From Pseudomonadota bacterium (GTDB lineage: Bacteria; Bdellovibrionota_B; Oligoflexia; Silvanigrellales; Silvanigrellaceae), in NCBI GenBank assembly GCA_039799905.1, contig JBDLRP010000042.1, positions 32,001-96,000 on the forward strand: a DNA stretch of 64,000 nt, written 5' to 3'. Positions 28,865 to 39,600 of this stretch are shown one piece after another. The translations under genes and the position numbers were made by a program. How positions within the stretch are numbered: the first letter of the stretch is position 1; each line of letters starts with the position of its first letter. The notes beneath the pieces are model-generated. The model was not told the origin of the DNA. It made no database searches and saw only the letters and a list, made by a program, of their open reading frames with translations.

Positions 28865-29869
28865 TTAAGCATGATAGTGATCTAAAAAGCTTAAAAATGA
28901 GGCGGGAAATTGTATTTTCGCAATACCGTCGGTTGAGTCGAATTCCCAGTCGAATCGTTCCTTTGCGTTCCAAGTCCGCTGCCGACGAACGTATTGCCAT
29001 GTGAGAGTCGCAATTCTTGCTTTCAGCTCGCTGATCTGAGGCGCATCAGGCGCTTCGTTTTCAGCGAGAGCAGCAATGATTTCCCGATATCCGATGGCTT
29101 TTCCTGCCTGACTCAATGCGAATTCAGCACCAAATTGCTGCTGGAGATTTTTGACCTCGGACAGCCAGCCGGAGGCAAACATCGCGTCGATACGCGAAGC
29201 AATTCTGCGGCGAAGGACATCGTCGTCGCAGTCGACTCTGATAACGTAACTTGAACCGAGCAACTCCTGTTTGGCCAACGTTTGCGTTGACTGGAAGACA
29301 GACTCGGGAGCCACGCCCTCAGGCAGCTGAAAGACGATCTCCAAGGCGCGCTCGATGCGTGTTTTATCGTTAGGATGCAGCTGAGCTGCGCGCAGGGGTG
29401 CAAGAGTCTTCAACCAGCCATGGAGAGCCGGCCACCCCCAAGCCTGCGCCGAGGCTCGAAACATCTGTCGCAATGCATCATTGCGCTCCGGTAGCGGATC
29501 AAGACCGTGCAACACGGAACGCAAATACAAACCACTGCCCCCCACGCAGACCGGCAAGCGTCCGTTGTCGCTTATCTCGCGGCAGGCACCCCACACAAAC
29601 TCTGCGTACCGCGCCGCATCCATGCTACCCAAGGGCTCAAGAATATCGATTCCGCGATACCCATAGCTGCTGATTTCTTGCGAGGTCGGCTTGGCAACCC
29701 CGATGCTGACGCTGCGATAGAACTGAAAGGCATCAATATTGACGAGCTGACACGGTTTTTTAAGTTCGCTCTGCAGTTGCTCAAAAAGCTGGTGAGCCAA
29801 CGCTGTTTTTCCACTCGCGGTCGGTCCGATGACAAACACTGCCTGCGCGAACTTCTGTTCCACTCCCAT
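28865..29869 (-). CDS. miaA: tRNA dimethylallyltransferase
   Basis: GPTASGKT, D.FQFY...IG.AKP, VGGSGLY, HPND..RI.RALE, AIGY.E and YVRRQRTW motifs, directly downstream of mutL. Confidence 0.95.
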   Translation of the reverse strand: MGVEQKFAQAVFVIGPTASGKTALAHQLFEQLQSELKKPCQLVNIDAFQFYRSVSIGVAKPTSQEISSYGYRGIDILEPLGSMDAARYAEFVWGACREISDNGRLPVCVGGSGLYLRSVLHGLDPLPERNDALRQMFRASAQAWGWPALHGWLKTLAPLRAAQLHPNDKTRIERALEIVFQLPEGVAPESVFQSTQTLAKQELLGSSYVIRVDCDDDVLRRRIASRIDAMFASGWLSEVKNLQQQFGAEFALSQAGKAIGYREIIAALAENEAPDAPQISELKARIATLTWQYVRRQRTWNAKERFDWEFDSTDGIAKIQFPASFLSFLDHYHA

Positions 29870-29882
29870 GCTCCGCACCTTT

Positions 29883-31880
29883 TTAAATGCGTGAAAACCA
29901 CTGTGCGACATCGTGCGCAGTCCACCGTCGCCAGACAGGACGCCCATGCGGACAATGCGCAAAAAAATCGACATCAACGCCACGCAGAAGTAGACGCCTG
30001 ACCAGCTCGGCATTGAGCGGGTCACCACTGCGCACCGCCGTATGGCATGCCACAGTTGCCAAGTGCAGGTGGAAAATTTCGCGACGGGTCAGATTCGCTG
30101 GTCGTAAGCCTGCGTCCAACCACTCCTGTCCTAGCCGATGTGCGCGGCGGATAAGAGGATGAGCGTCGACAGACTGAAAGCCGCGCACAGCCAGTAGCCG
30201 TGCCAAAATATCGTCAAACAGCTCTGTCGCCTTTGCGGCATCGACCTGAGTGGGCAACGAGTGGAGTGCAACACTGCGCCCCGAAGGCAACACCTCAATC
30301 TCGAAACCCAGCTGCTCGAGTGTCTTTTCCTCATCCTGCAGAATTTCAGAAAGAGCCTGAGGGATGGGAAGGGTCAGGGGCGCGAGCAAGGACTGCCGCG
30401 CAAGACCATGCTCGCCTTCGATTTGCACGGCAAGCTCTTCAAACAAAATTCGCTCATGAAAGGCGTGCTGATCGACAACCAGTAAATCCTCGCCGGCCTG
30501 AAAAAGTAAAAAACAATTCTTGTACTGGCCAAGATACGACGCATCAAAGAGTGGGCTGTCATGCGGAGGGCGATTTTCAGACTCGCCGACCTGACGGGGA
30601 GCTGCTACCGATGACTGCGCAGATAGCATTGGCTCATCGACAAAAATCGGCGTGGAGCGGACGTTATTTTCGGGGCGCGGCAGAGATGAAAAATGACTGC
30701 CACCGCGCTGCGAGACAGGTGCTCCGGCAGGATTGTGTGCAGATACGGATGGCTGAAATGTGCTTGTCATTTTGGCCGGCGAAAAAAGCTCAGGTGCCTT
30801 TTGCTCCGCACCAGACCATTCGCCGCGCCGCGCATCTGCCGAGACCCTGACAATTGTTTCCGCGGTCGGCAAGGTGCTCAACATCGCGTTTTGAGTGCTC
30901 TGACGAAGATCGGATTGCAGAGCAATGGTCACAAGATCCTGAACCAAAGCGGAGTCAGTAAAGCGAATTTCGGTTTTGTTGGGATGAGCATTGACGTCAA
31001 GAATCTGCGGATCAACGCTGACAAACAAAACACACGCAGGCACAAGGCCCTTCATAGAAAGGCCCGTGTATCCCGACAACACTCCGTTGCGCACAATGCG
31101 ATCCTTGACCAACCGGCCGTTCACAAAAGTTATAAAGTAACGCGGTACGGGACGCGCCAAATCTGGCTTCTGGACGAATCCCTCCAGCGAGAAGGAGCCC
31201 TTCCGATAGGTGAGCGGGATAAATTCATCGGCTTCGCCCGCAAGTAAAGAACGAAAGCGTTCGGCAAGCGATTGCGCAGGTGCAACTTTGAAAACTTCGC
31301 GGCCATTATGGGTCAGACGAAGACCAACCTTGTGGTAGGCAAGTGCCATCGCCTGAACCAATTCCTGGATATGGGCAAACTCCGTGGCTGTTGAGCGTAG
31401 AAATTTGCGTCGCGCAGGTATCGTTCCAAACAGATCACGCACGATAATTTCAGTGCCGGCAGACATTCCGCATGGCTGTGCCCCACTCTGAATGCCATGC
31501 CGCACGTGAATTTCGGTTCCCACCGAATCGTCGCGCCGCCGGCTTCGCAAACAGAATTCAGAAACGGCGGCAATGCTCGGCAAAGCCTCACCGCGAAAAC
31601 CAAATGTAGAAAGATCAAGCAAGTCGTCTGCGCGAGAAATTTTCGAGGTCGCGTGCCGCTCCAGCGCCATGACTGCGTCTTCTGGGCTCATGCCGCAGCC
31701 ATCGTCTGAGATTCGAATCAACTGACGACCGCCGTCGATGAGCTCGATCTCGACCTCCTGCGCCTGAGCGTCCAGTGCATTTTCGAGCAATTCTTTCACG
31801 ACACTGACAGGCCTTTCGACGACTTCGCCAGCTTTGATTTGATTGATCACATGTTCGGGCAGCTTGTGCACCACTCTCAT
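29883..31880 (-). CDS. mutL: DNA mismatch repair endonuclease MutL
   Basis: GEVVERP..VVKEL.ENALDA, DDGCGM, HATSKI, GFRGEAL, DVNAHP.K, endonuclease motif DQHAFHERILFE, ACH and CPHGRP. Confidence 0.97.
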   Translation of the reverse strand: MRVVHKLPEHVINQIKAGEVVERPVSVVKELLENALDAQAQEVEIELIDGGRQLIRISDDGCGMSPEDAVMALERHATSKISRADDLLDLSTFGFRGEALPSIAAVSEFCLRSRRRDDSVGTEIHVRHGIQSGAQPCGMSAGTEIIVRDLFGTIPARRKFLRSTATEFAHIQELVQAMALAYHKVGLRLTHNGREVFKVAPAQSLAERFRSLLAGEADEFIPLTYRKGSFSLEGFVQKPDLARPVPRYFITFVNGRLVKDRIVRNGVLSGYTGLSMKGLVPACVLFVSVDPQILDVNAHPNKTEIRFTDSALVQDLVTIALQSDLRQSTQNAMLSTLPTAETIVRVSADARRGEWSGAEQKAPELFSPAKMTSTFQPSVSAHNPAGAPVSQRGGSHFSSLPRPENNVRSTPIFVDEPMLSAQSSVAAPRQVGESENRPPHDSPLFDASYLGQYKNCFLLFQAGEDLLVVDQHAFHERILFEELAVQIEGEHGLARQSLLAPLTLPIPQALSEILQDEEKTLEQLGFEIEVLPSGRSVALHSLPTQVDAAKATELFDDILARLLAVRGFQSVDAHPLIRRAHRLGQEWLDAGLRPANLTRREIFHLHLATVACHTAVRSGDPLNAELVRRLLLRGVDVDFFAHCPHGRPVWRRWTAHDVAQWFSRI

Positions 31881-31966
31881 GACACTACCTCACCTTGCGG
31901 GACGCTCAGGCTTTGATAGCCTGTCGGAACAGGAAACTGAAGTACCCATGGAAGGAGTTCTCAGAT

Positions 31967-33736
31967 ATGTCGACGTCGAGCCTCAATTATTCAGACAAGC
32001 CTTGGGTTCCGTTCTACGCCAAGGGCGTTCGTGCTGACATCCCCAATATTCCATACGAAAATATCGGTGCGCTGGTGTCGAGCTCAGCCCGCCGCTTTGG
32101 CAATCGCGACGCGTTCATCACCTGCCTGGCCAACGGCATGGAAGGCAAAATCTCTTTCGCAGAGACAGAGCTCTACTCAAATCAGTTTGCTGCATTTCTA
32201 CTCAAAGAGCTGCAATTGCAGAAAGGCGACCGCGTCGCGATTCAGATGCCCAACTGCATTGCCTACCCGCTCGCTCTTTTCGGAATCCTGAAAGCCGGTT
32301 GCGTTGTAGTAAACGTCAACCCGCTCTACACCGATCGTGAAATGGAACACGCGTTCAACGACAGCGGCGCAACTGTGCTGGTCATCATCGATATGTTCGC
32401 CGACAAGCTGCCGCGCGTTCTGCCCAAGACAGGCATCAAGCATGTCATCACCGTCAGCGTCGCCGACTTCTTCCCGCTGCCGCTCAAGTTGCTCATCAAA
32501 ACCCTTCTCAAGGTCAAAAAACAGGTTCCTAACTGCGACGTTCCGCACCTGCCCTTCCGCGAAGCCCTCGCAGCGGGACAGGCACGCATGGCGCAGAGTG
32601 AGAATGCATGGGCGCGCGCAGGAAACAGAGGCCAAGCAGCACTTGCTCTGCCAAGCGTAACACTCGATGACCTTGCTGCCCTGCAATACACAGGCGGAAC
32701 AACCGGAGTCAGCAAAGGTGCAATGCTCACGCATCGCAACCTGCTTTCCAACGTTTATCAGATTCTGGAATTCGCGAAGGTCGCAATCACGACCGGCCAG
32801 GAAACAATCATCACGGCGTTGCCGCTCTACCATATCTTCGCATTCACCGTGAACTGCCTGTCGTTCTTTGAAGAAGGCGCGACAAACATTCTGATTCCAA
32901 GTCCGCGTCCAATCGGGAACCTGAAAAAGGCCTTTGGCAAACATCAAGTCACTTGGATGACAGGCGTGAACACGCTCTTCAATGCCCTGTGCAACGAGCA
33001 GTGGTTTGTGCAAAACCCGCCCAAGAAGATGAAGATGGCGATTGCGGGTGGAACGGCGCTGCTGTCGGCGACTGCCGAAAAATGGGCGAATGTGGTGGGA
33101 ACTCCTGTCATCGAAGGCTACGGCCTAACCGAGACGAGTCCGGTTCTGACCTTCAATCCGATTGGCAATAAAGTGAAGAAAGACTCCATCGGTGTGCCGA
33201 TGCCCTCAACCGAAATTCGCCTTGTCGATGACAACGGCAAAGATGTGAAAGCCGGTGAGCCCGGCGAGCTCATTGCCCGTGGTCCACAGGTGATGCCGGG
33301 CTATTGGAAGCGTCCGGATGAAACTGCCAAAACAATCAAAGACGGCTGGCTCTATACGGGCGACGTTGCAGTCATGGACAACGACGGTTACTTCAAGATT
33401 GTCGACCGCAAGAAGGATATGATTCTCGTCTCAGGATTCAACGTGTATCCGAACGAGGTTGAGGACTGTATCGCGAAGCATCCCGAAGTGGTTGAAGTTG
33501 CGGTCATTGGCATTCCCGACGGAGCATCCGGCGAGGCCGTCAAGGCCTATGTCGTGCCGCGCTCACCATCACTGACTCAGGATGCACTGCGCGCGCACTG
33601 TAAGGACATGCTGACCGCCTACAAAGTTCCGCGCTTTGTTGAATTCCGAAAAGAGCTGCCGAAGACTCCGATTGGAAAAATCCTCCGCAAGGACCTGCGC
33701 GCCGAGTTTCTTGCCTCGCAGCAGAAAAACAGCTGA
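31967..33736 (+). CDS. fadD: Long-chain fatty-acid--CoA ligase
   Basis: LQYTGGTTGVSKG, EGYGLTETSP, GPQVM.GYW, TGD, DRKKDMILVSGFNVYP.EVE and LPKT.IGKILR. ATG 31967 follows AAGGAG. Confidence 0.93.
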   Translation: MSTSSLNYSDKPWVPFYAKGVRADIPNIPYENIGALVSSSARRFGNRDAFITCLANGMEGKISFAETELYSNQFAAFLLKELQLQKGDRVAIQMPNCIAYPLALFGILKAGCVVVNVNPLYTDREMEHAFNDSGATVLVIIDMFADKLPRVLPKTGIKHVITVSVADFFPLPLKLLIKTLLKVKKQVPNCDVPHLPFREALAAGQARMAQSENAWARAGNRGQAALALPSVTLDDLAALQYTGGTTGVSKGAMLTHRNLLSNVYQILEFAKVAITTGQETIITALPLYHIFAFTVNCLSFFEEGATNILIPSPRPIGNLKKAFGKHQVTWMTGVNTLFNALCNEQWFVQNPPKKMKMAIAGGTALLSATAEKWANVVGTPVIEGYGLTETSPVLTFNPIGNKVKKDSIGVPMPSTEIRLVDDNGKDVKAGEPGELIARGPQVMPGYWKRPDETAKTIKDGWLYTGDVAVMDNDGYFKIVDRKKDMILVSGFNVYPNEVEDCIAKHPEVVEVAVIGIPDGASGEAVKAYVVPRSPSLTQDALRAHCKDMLTAYKVPRFVEFRKELPKTPIGKILRKDLRAEFLASQQKNS

Positions 33737-33754
33737 TTTGCCCGAACGGACGCA

Positions 33755-36649
33755 ATGATAAAGACTTTCCACGCGCAAGGATTTCTACTCGCTGAACATT
33801 CAGTGTACGAAAACCTTGCGCGTCTGCTTTTGGACGACAGCACTCCAGCGGCGCACAAACGCTGGAGTGTCGTATGTGAGCGCAAAGAGGATTTGCTTGC
33901 CGTCAGGGCGCAGATTTTTGCACTGCTCAACAAAATTCACAGAGAAAAAAAACCGGACGAAGAGCTCAGGGCGTGGGCAGGCATCAGTTTGTACACACCC
34001 GATACGTTGGTGAGGAATATTGCCCTCACGCTCTCCAACAACTCAGCGTTGACGCTCGGACAGGAGATCTACGAGCAGCTTCGCAGGCCGTTCACCGACG
34101 TTGTTGAACAGGAAAAACTGGTGCGTTTGCTGCTACTCAGGCTCGGCTACAGCCTAAGTGACGTTGCGCCGCTCGCCAAACAGATTCTCACACTGGCCGA
34201 CACTCCTCTGCCCGCAGACGAGAGTTTTCTCAACCTGCTTCTAGAAGTGCAAAACAGCCCTCAGGGGCAGAAGAGCATCGGCGACATTCCCGACTGTTCC
34301 TTGCGCACAATTTGCGTCGCTTTTCAGCTGGCGCAGAAAATTCTCGGTTCATTTGGAAGACTGCAGTCATTTGTCGGCAACTATTGGTCGCCGCATTTTC
34401 ATCAGCATCTTGAAAAGTTTCTCGAGCAGGATCCTCTCTATCAGGACTTTCTTCTGCCGGTTCGATTCCTGTCGGAACCGCTGCTCTGGGTTGCTGCTCC
34501 TGAGTTCTGCAAAGACAAAAATTCAAGTTACCGTCCAGGGAATTTTCAGGCCGCATTTATTGATTCTCTTCGAGACGGTCTGTTTTCTGCACGGAGCAAA
34601 TGGACAGAACATCGCACGGCGAGTGGCATCACGTGGTGGGCACGCACACAGATTCCCACCGCTCAAATTCTCCCAGAAGTGCCGCATGCAAAAATCGAAA
34701 TACTTGGCTCTTATGCGGCTCTTTCGCACCGCTTTGAATCCGACATTCGTTCGTCGGGCGCAGAAACCCAGTTTCTTTTGGGTGACATCGACAAACGCTT
34801 GCTCAATACAGTGCGTGCCGACGGCTCAGGTGTGCACTCACTCACACCCGCCGATTTTTTACCGCAAAAAGAAATGACAGAAGCGTGCAACGGAGCTGAC
34901 GCATGGCAGACACCGGCGCAAGAAAAGGTTGCACAACTACGCGAGGAATTTCAGAGTTACTGGGACAAGTTGCACAGGTTTGACAATCTCATCGGCGAAG
35001 CGCTCGCTATGTATGATTTGAGCCCGTCGCTGCGCGAACATGGTGTCTCGTTTGAACTCATGCTGCACCGATTTTTCGACAGCGAGTCGTTCAATTTTGC
35101 AAACACGGATCTTATCAGTCAGCTGCCCCCTGCCCTCTCGTTGCTTGCGGGTGTCATGCATGCGCAAAAATTTGTCGTGCTTGGGCCACCGCATTCGCAG
35201 ACGGCGCCAAGTTTTCATCTTCGGCTCCTCAACTCCGTATTTCACCTTCTGCGCAGCCGTCAGGTGGCGATCGATCCGATTGCATCCGAGGAATCCTACC
35301 GCGGGTACTGGCAGTCGATCTTGAACAAGGATGCGGACGTTGTTTTTCTGATGCGCAGCCACAGGGAGCTGAAAGACTTCCCTGCTGACTTACGGCGGTG
35401 GTGCCTGCCGCCCGTTGAACAGAGGATGTGGAGCGACTCACTGCTCCGCGAGTCGGCCTTTCTGCGCTGGCTTGGCAGCGCGCGCCCCTTTCAACTTCAG
35501 GATGAAAATTGGCCACGACTGCTCAAGGAATCTGCTCGCAAAGGCAAAATAAACAGCCTGAGTGTCACTGCATTTGAAGATTACGTCGAGTGTCCGCTGC
35601 AGTTTTATTGGGTGGGTTTGCACGGGCTCGGACAGGATGCACAGCCGGTTCTGCAACCCGACGCTCTTATCACTGGGCAAAAGGCCCACGCCATGGCCGA
35701 AAAACTCATTCGCGGGCTCAGACAAATCTGTTTGCTCGAGCAGACAGAGTCTCAGCGCACGGAAAACAGTTGGCTTCATTTTTTTGTTTCTCTGCATGAT
35801 AATTTTCTTGATACGGAATTGTTTCTTTCCACATCCGCGGATGAATGGCTCGACGCACTGACAAAGAGTCTGAACAGTGAAAATCTTTCGCAAACGCACA
35901 AGGTTCATGTCAGGGCTCTGCTCGTTGAACTGACAGAGGTTATTTTTTCGGGCACTGAGCTACAGGGTGACAGTGCACTGAGCCCACTCAGACAGCGGCT
36001 CGTCCGCGAGACTGTGCGGCGCGCAATGCGCAAGCTCATCCAAAGCGAACTTCACGATGCGGGCGCCTCATTGCAACAGTCGGATCGTGCCGCTGTTCGT
36101 AAAGGTTTGATCAGAGCAGCATTTGTTGAACAGCCTGTCGACTTTTTGCTGCACGGCGAGTTACGCCTGACAGGTCGCATCGACCGTGTCGACACTCATC
36201 CCGAAGGCGACAGAATCATCGACTACAAAACCAGCAAGGTTGCTAAAAAAGACCCTGCGCTGGTGATCGATCCGCGGATGGTCAAGACAACCAATAAACT
36301 GAGCGTCCAAGGCGGGATTTATAGTTTGGCATGGGCCAGGAAAATTGCCGAAGAACGCGGGCAAGGAGAAGCATCGGACGGACGCCGCAACGCTGTTGCC
36401 GCGTTTTCACTGTTACGACTCAAAACAATGGACATGTCGCGTGAGCCTTATGCAACCTTCGCCTTTGAAGAACCGATGAGCTGGCAGGATGAAAGCTGCC
36501 AGACTCTGCACACAGAGTACGCCCGCTATGGGCAGTCGCTCTCAGACGGTGATTTCTCGCCCAGGCCGATCACTGCAAGTCTTTGCACTTGGTGCACACT
36601 CAACAGCATTTGTCCGGCAAAGGGACAGTCGGGCGGAGAGCCGGCATGA
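33755..36649 (+). CDS. addB: AddB-like PD-(D/E)XK nuclease subunit with an Fe-S staple and a highly divergent N-terminus
   Basis: LSVTAFEDYVECPLQFY, G...H, LTGRIDRVD, IIDYKTS, Q..IY and CTWCTLNSIC. Overlaps the helicase gene by ATGA. Confidence 0.75.
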   Translation: MIKTFHAQGFLLAEHSVYENLARLLLDDSTPAAHKRWSVVCERKEDLLAVRAQIFALLNKIHREKKPDEELRAWAGISLYTPDTLVRNIALTLSNNSALTLGQEIYEQLRRPFTDVVEQEKLVRLLLLRLGYSLSDVAPLAKQILTLADTPLPADESFLNLLLEVQNSPQGQKSIGDIPDCSLRTICVAFQLAQKILGSFGRLQSFVGNYWSPHFHQHLEKFLEQDPLYQDFLLPVRFLSEPLLWVAAPEFCKDKNSSYRPGNFQAAFIDSLRDGLFSARSKWTEHRTASGITWWARTQIPTAQILPEVPHAKIEILGSYAALSHRFESDIRSSGAETQFLLGDIDKRLLNTVRADGSGVHSLTPADFLPQKEMTEACNGADAWQTPAQEKVAQLREEFQSYWDKLHRFDNLIGEALAMYDLSPSLREHGVSFELMLHRFFDSESFNFANTDLISQLPPALSLLAGVMHAQKFVVLGPPHSQTAPSFHLRLLNSVFHLLRSRQVAIDPIASEESYRGYWQSILNKDADVVFLMRSHRELKDFPADLRRWCLPPVEQRMWSDSLLRESAFLRWLGSARPFQLQDENWPRLLKESARKGKINSLSVTAFEDYVECPLQFYWVGLHGLGQDAQPVLQPDALITGQKAHAMAEKLIRGLRQICLLEQTESQRTENSWLHFFVSLHDNFLDTELFLSTSADEWLDALTKSLNSENLSQTHKVHVRALLVELTEVIFSGTELQGDSALSPLRQRLVRETVRRAMRKLIQSELHDAGASLQQSDRAAVRKGLIRAAFVEQPVDFLLHGELRLTGRIDRVDTHPEGDRIIDYKTSKVAKKDPALVIDPRMVKTTNKLSVQGGIYSLAWARKIAEERGQGEASDGRRNAVAAFSLLRLKTMDMSREPYATFAFEEPMSWQDESCQTLHTEYARYGQSLSDGDFSPRPITASLCTWCTLNSICPAKGQSGGEPA

Positions 36650-39600
36650 GCAAAATCGAACTCAGCAGTGAACAAAAACTCGCCGCATTTTTCCCAACAG
36701 GACTGGCCGAAGAGAATATTTCGCGTAAACGGCATCTGGTGATTGAGGCTGGTGCGGGAGCAGGAAAGACACGGGTTCTGACCGATCGTGTTCACTGGCT
36801 GCTTTGTACCTCAACAAAAAATTTCCGATTGAGCCCCGCTGAACTTGTGCTTGTGACCTTTTCAAAGGCAGCCGACGAGGAGCTCCGGCATCGTGTGGAA
36901 AAGGAAATCAACGGCGCACAGCTCGGCGACGAAGAAAAACAGCGAATTCTCAGCCGTCTTCATATTTCCACAATCGACAGTCTGTTTATGCAGATTGTCA
37001 ACAATCTTTTTCCACCTTGGTGGGAACAGACCAAAAAAATGCTTCCTGCAGAGACACTCCATGAATGGCGGCTTAAAGAACAGCGATTTCCGCCGCCGGT
37101 GACACTCGTGTCAGACAGCGAGCTGCTGCCCGAGATCAGCGATGAACTGCTGCGTGTATTGCAGGAGCACTCGCAGGATCCAGTGAGTGAATGTGCTACT
37201 CTGGATTTTATTCTTGCCGGGGCATTTCAGTCACAAGGAGCGTTTTCTGCGAATAAACAGGTTCGCCCTGAACTGCGTGGTCTTGAGCGAATTGCCGCCG
37301 CCATGCTGCATGAAAGCTTTCTGCGTGAGAACGCGCCGCCGCTGCGGTTCGCACTCGAGCGTATTCATCCGTCTTCTCAGCCTTTGCTGACGCTCATTCG
37401 CAGCAAGGCACGCGAGCTATTTTACCGCAGGCTGATGCACGGACGACTCACGCACAATGATCGTATGCTCTTTTTGTATCATCTGCTGTGCATTGATGAC
37501 GAAAAATTGCAAACGGGTGGCTTTTTTGCGCTTGCAGGCAGGCAGCCCCTGCCGTTGCGCTGCAAAGAACTGATCGTCGATGAATATCAGGACACCAACG
37601 AATTGCAGCACGAAATTCTCTACCGGCTGCTCGAGCCCAACAAGGGACGGATGGTGGTGGTCGGCGACCCGAAACAGAGTATTTATGGTTTTCGCAGCGC
37701 TCACGTCGGTGTTTTTCAGCGGCTCAAGTCAGACCCCATCTGGCAGCTCGTTGAACTGACCCGCAACTATCGCAGCCATCAGGACCTGCTGCCCTTCATC
37801 AACCTGCTTTCAGACATGACGTTTTCCTACAAAAACAATCGCATTCCGCTTGAGTTTCACAACACGACCTTTGCTCTTTCGGCCCAACAGACTTTCGTCG
37901 GCTCAAAGTCGCTCGATGCCGGCCGTAATCATGTGGAAATGCCACTGGAGAAATTGCCGCCCCAACCGCGTGTGCTTTTGCTCGGAGCCTCACTCAGCAA
38001 ACAGCGCAGTGACGTTGATGATTTTAAAGCAACAACTGAACCCAACACATTTGCGGTGTGGGCGCTGGCGCGCGAATTGGCGCGCTTCGCCGCTCAACCG
38101 GTCGATGGACTGCTCAGCGAAAGCGAAAAGCAGGCGCAAACAGCCCCCGATGAAAAGCGATATCAATGGTCGGAGATGGTCGTTTTGTGCGAGACCAACG
38201 ATCTGGTTGCTCAAACCCAACTGCATCTCAATTCATTCGGCATTCCTGCTGTTGCCAAGCTGAGCCGGCCGGCAAACTCAGACTCCCTGCGCAGCCAGCA
38301 CAGCGAAGAACTCGGACTTTTGTTTGCCAAATGGCTCTGTCGTCCGCTCAACATCCGCGAGCTTGCACAATTTCTCTGGAGCGGATGGCTGGGTCTGACG
38401 CGCGAACAGACATCGATGATTCTTAAGGCTGCCAACAATGGTCTGCTGGACCCACAGGTGCTCACCCTCTCCAACTCTTCCGGAGAAGATTCAACTCACC
38501 CAAAGGCAAGACCGGAATTTCCTGAGGCTTGGAACGGTTGGATTGCACACCTTCTGCACTGCCGCACGCTGGCATCACGACATTTCTTTGCGGCATGGCA
38601 GCTGCTGCGCTGGGGGTTTGTTTGCTCTGAACACAATCTGGCAATGGAGAACACGGCGATTGCTCTTCACAATGCGCTGGAAGTTTGGTCTTTGCGCCAA
38701 CAGCTCGAACAGGCCACCGACTGGCCCGAGGAGTTTCTCAACCAACAGTTGCAGCAGCTGCGCCTTGCTCAAACTCAAACACAAACCAATCAGAATGCCG
38801 TGACAGTCTGCACAGTTCATGGCGCCAAAGGTCTAGAATGGCCGGTGGTGGTTTTTTGGCCGAATGCAGCCCGCGAGCGCTCGCCCGAAAATTTTGTTTT
38901 CAAGAGTCACGAAAACGCAACGTTCGTCAAATGGCTTGCCGAGGACAAAGAATCAGCATCGCTGGTGCGCTGGATCGAGAATCCGCATACTCCCACAGAT
39001 CGTGTGTCCATTCAGTCTGAATCGGGACGTGGAGAGCAGGTCGTGCGTTGGAGCACAGACCTGCAGGACAGGCTCGAGCAGGATTTTGAACGTCAGCGGG
39101 TATTTTACACAGCCTTCACTCGAGCGCGCGAATTTCTTGTCCTCATGTCGCCGGCCGTACAGGCCCGAACACGCTCAAACCTGCGCGACAAACTCGCTCC
39201 GCTTAAACAGGGCGATTCCTTCGACGCGGAAGTCCTGAAATTGAATGGACTTGAATACAATGTACTGGCGATGTTTGCAGACCTGGCTTTTGATTTGCGC
39301 AAAGAGGCCAAGCGCGGTGCGCGTCCGCCGGCTCCTTGGCATGGACTTGAATACGAAGCCCAATGCAAAGTCGCCGACTGGCAGGGGCTTGTCGCCATGC
39401 GTGATTATTCACCTGCATGGCTGCCTTATGTGAAAGCCGTTGAAGCTGAAACGGAGCACGGCGACACCGCATCGGGTGTGCAAAGCGCGTGGATTTCAGA
39501 ATGGTTGAATGCTCAACACACGGCGGCAATCAGCAGCCCTTGGAAAAAACCAGTTGATGAAACTCCCGCACCAAGCGATTCGACCGCAAAAGAAAACGCC

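Noticed and set aside
29870..30028. ORF-track N-terminal extension of miaA
   Set aside because: It overlaps the mutL 3' end, and the MiaA P-loop normally lies near the N-terminus.
33755..36649. Cas4 or anti-phage nuclease-helicase interpretation
   Set aside because: The nuclease with four Cys at the C-terminus of a large protein, coupled to a UvrD-nuclease gene among housekeeping genes, fits addB-addA better.
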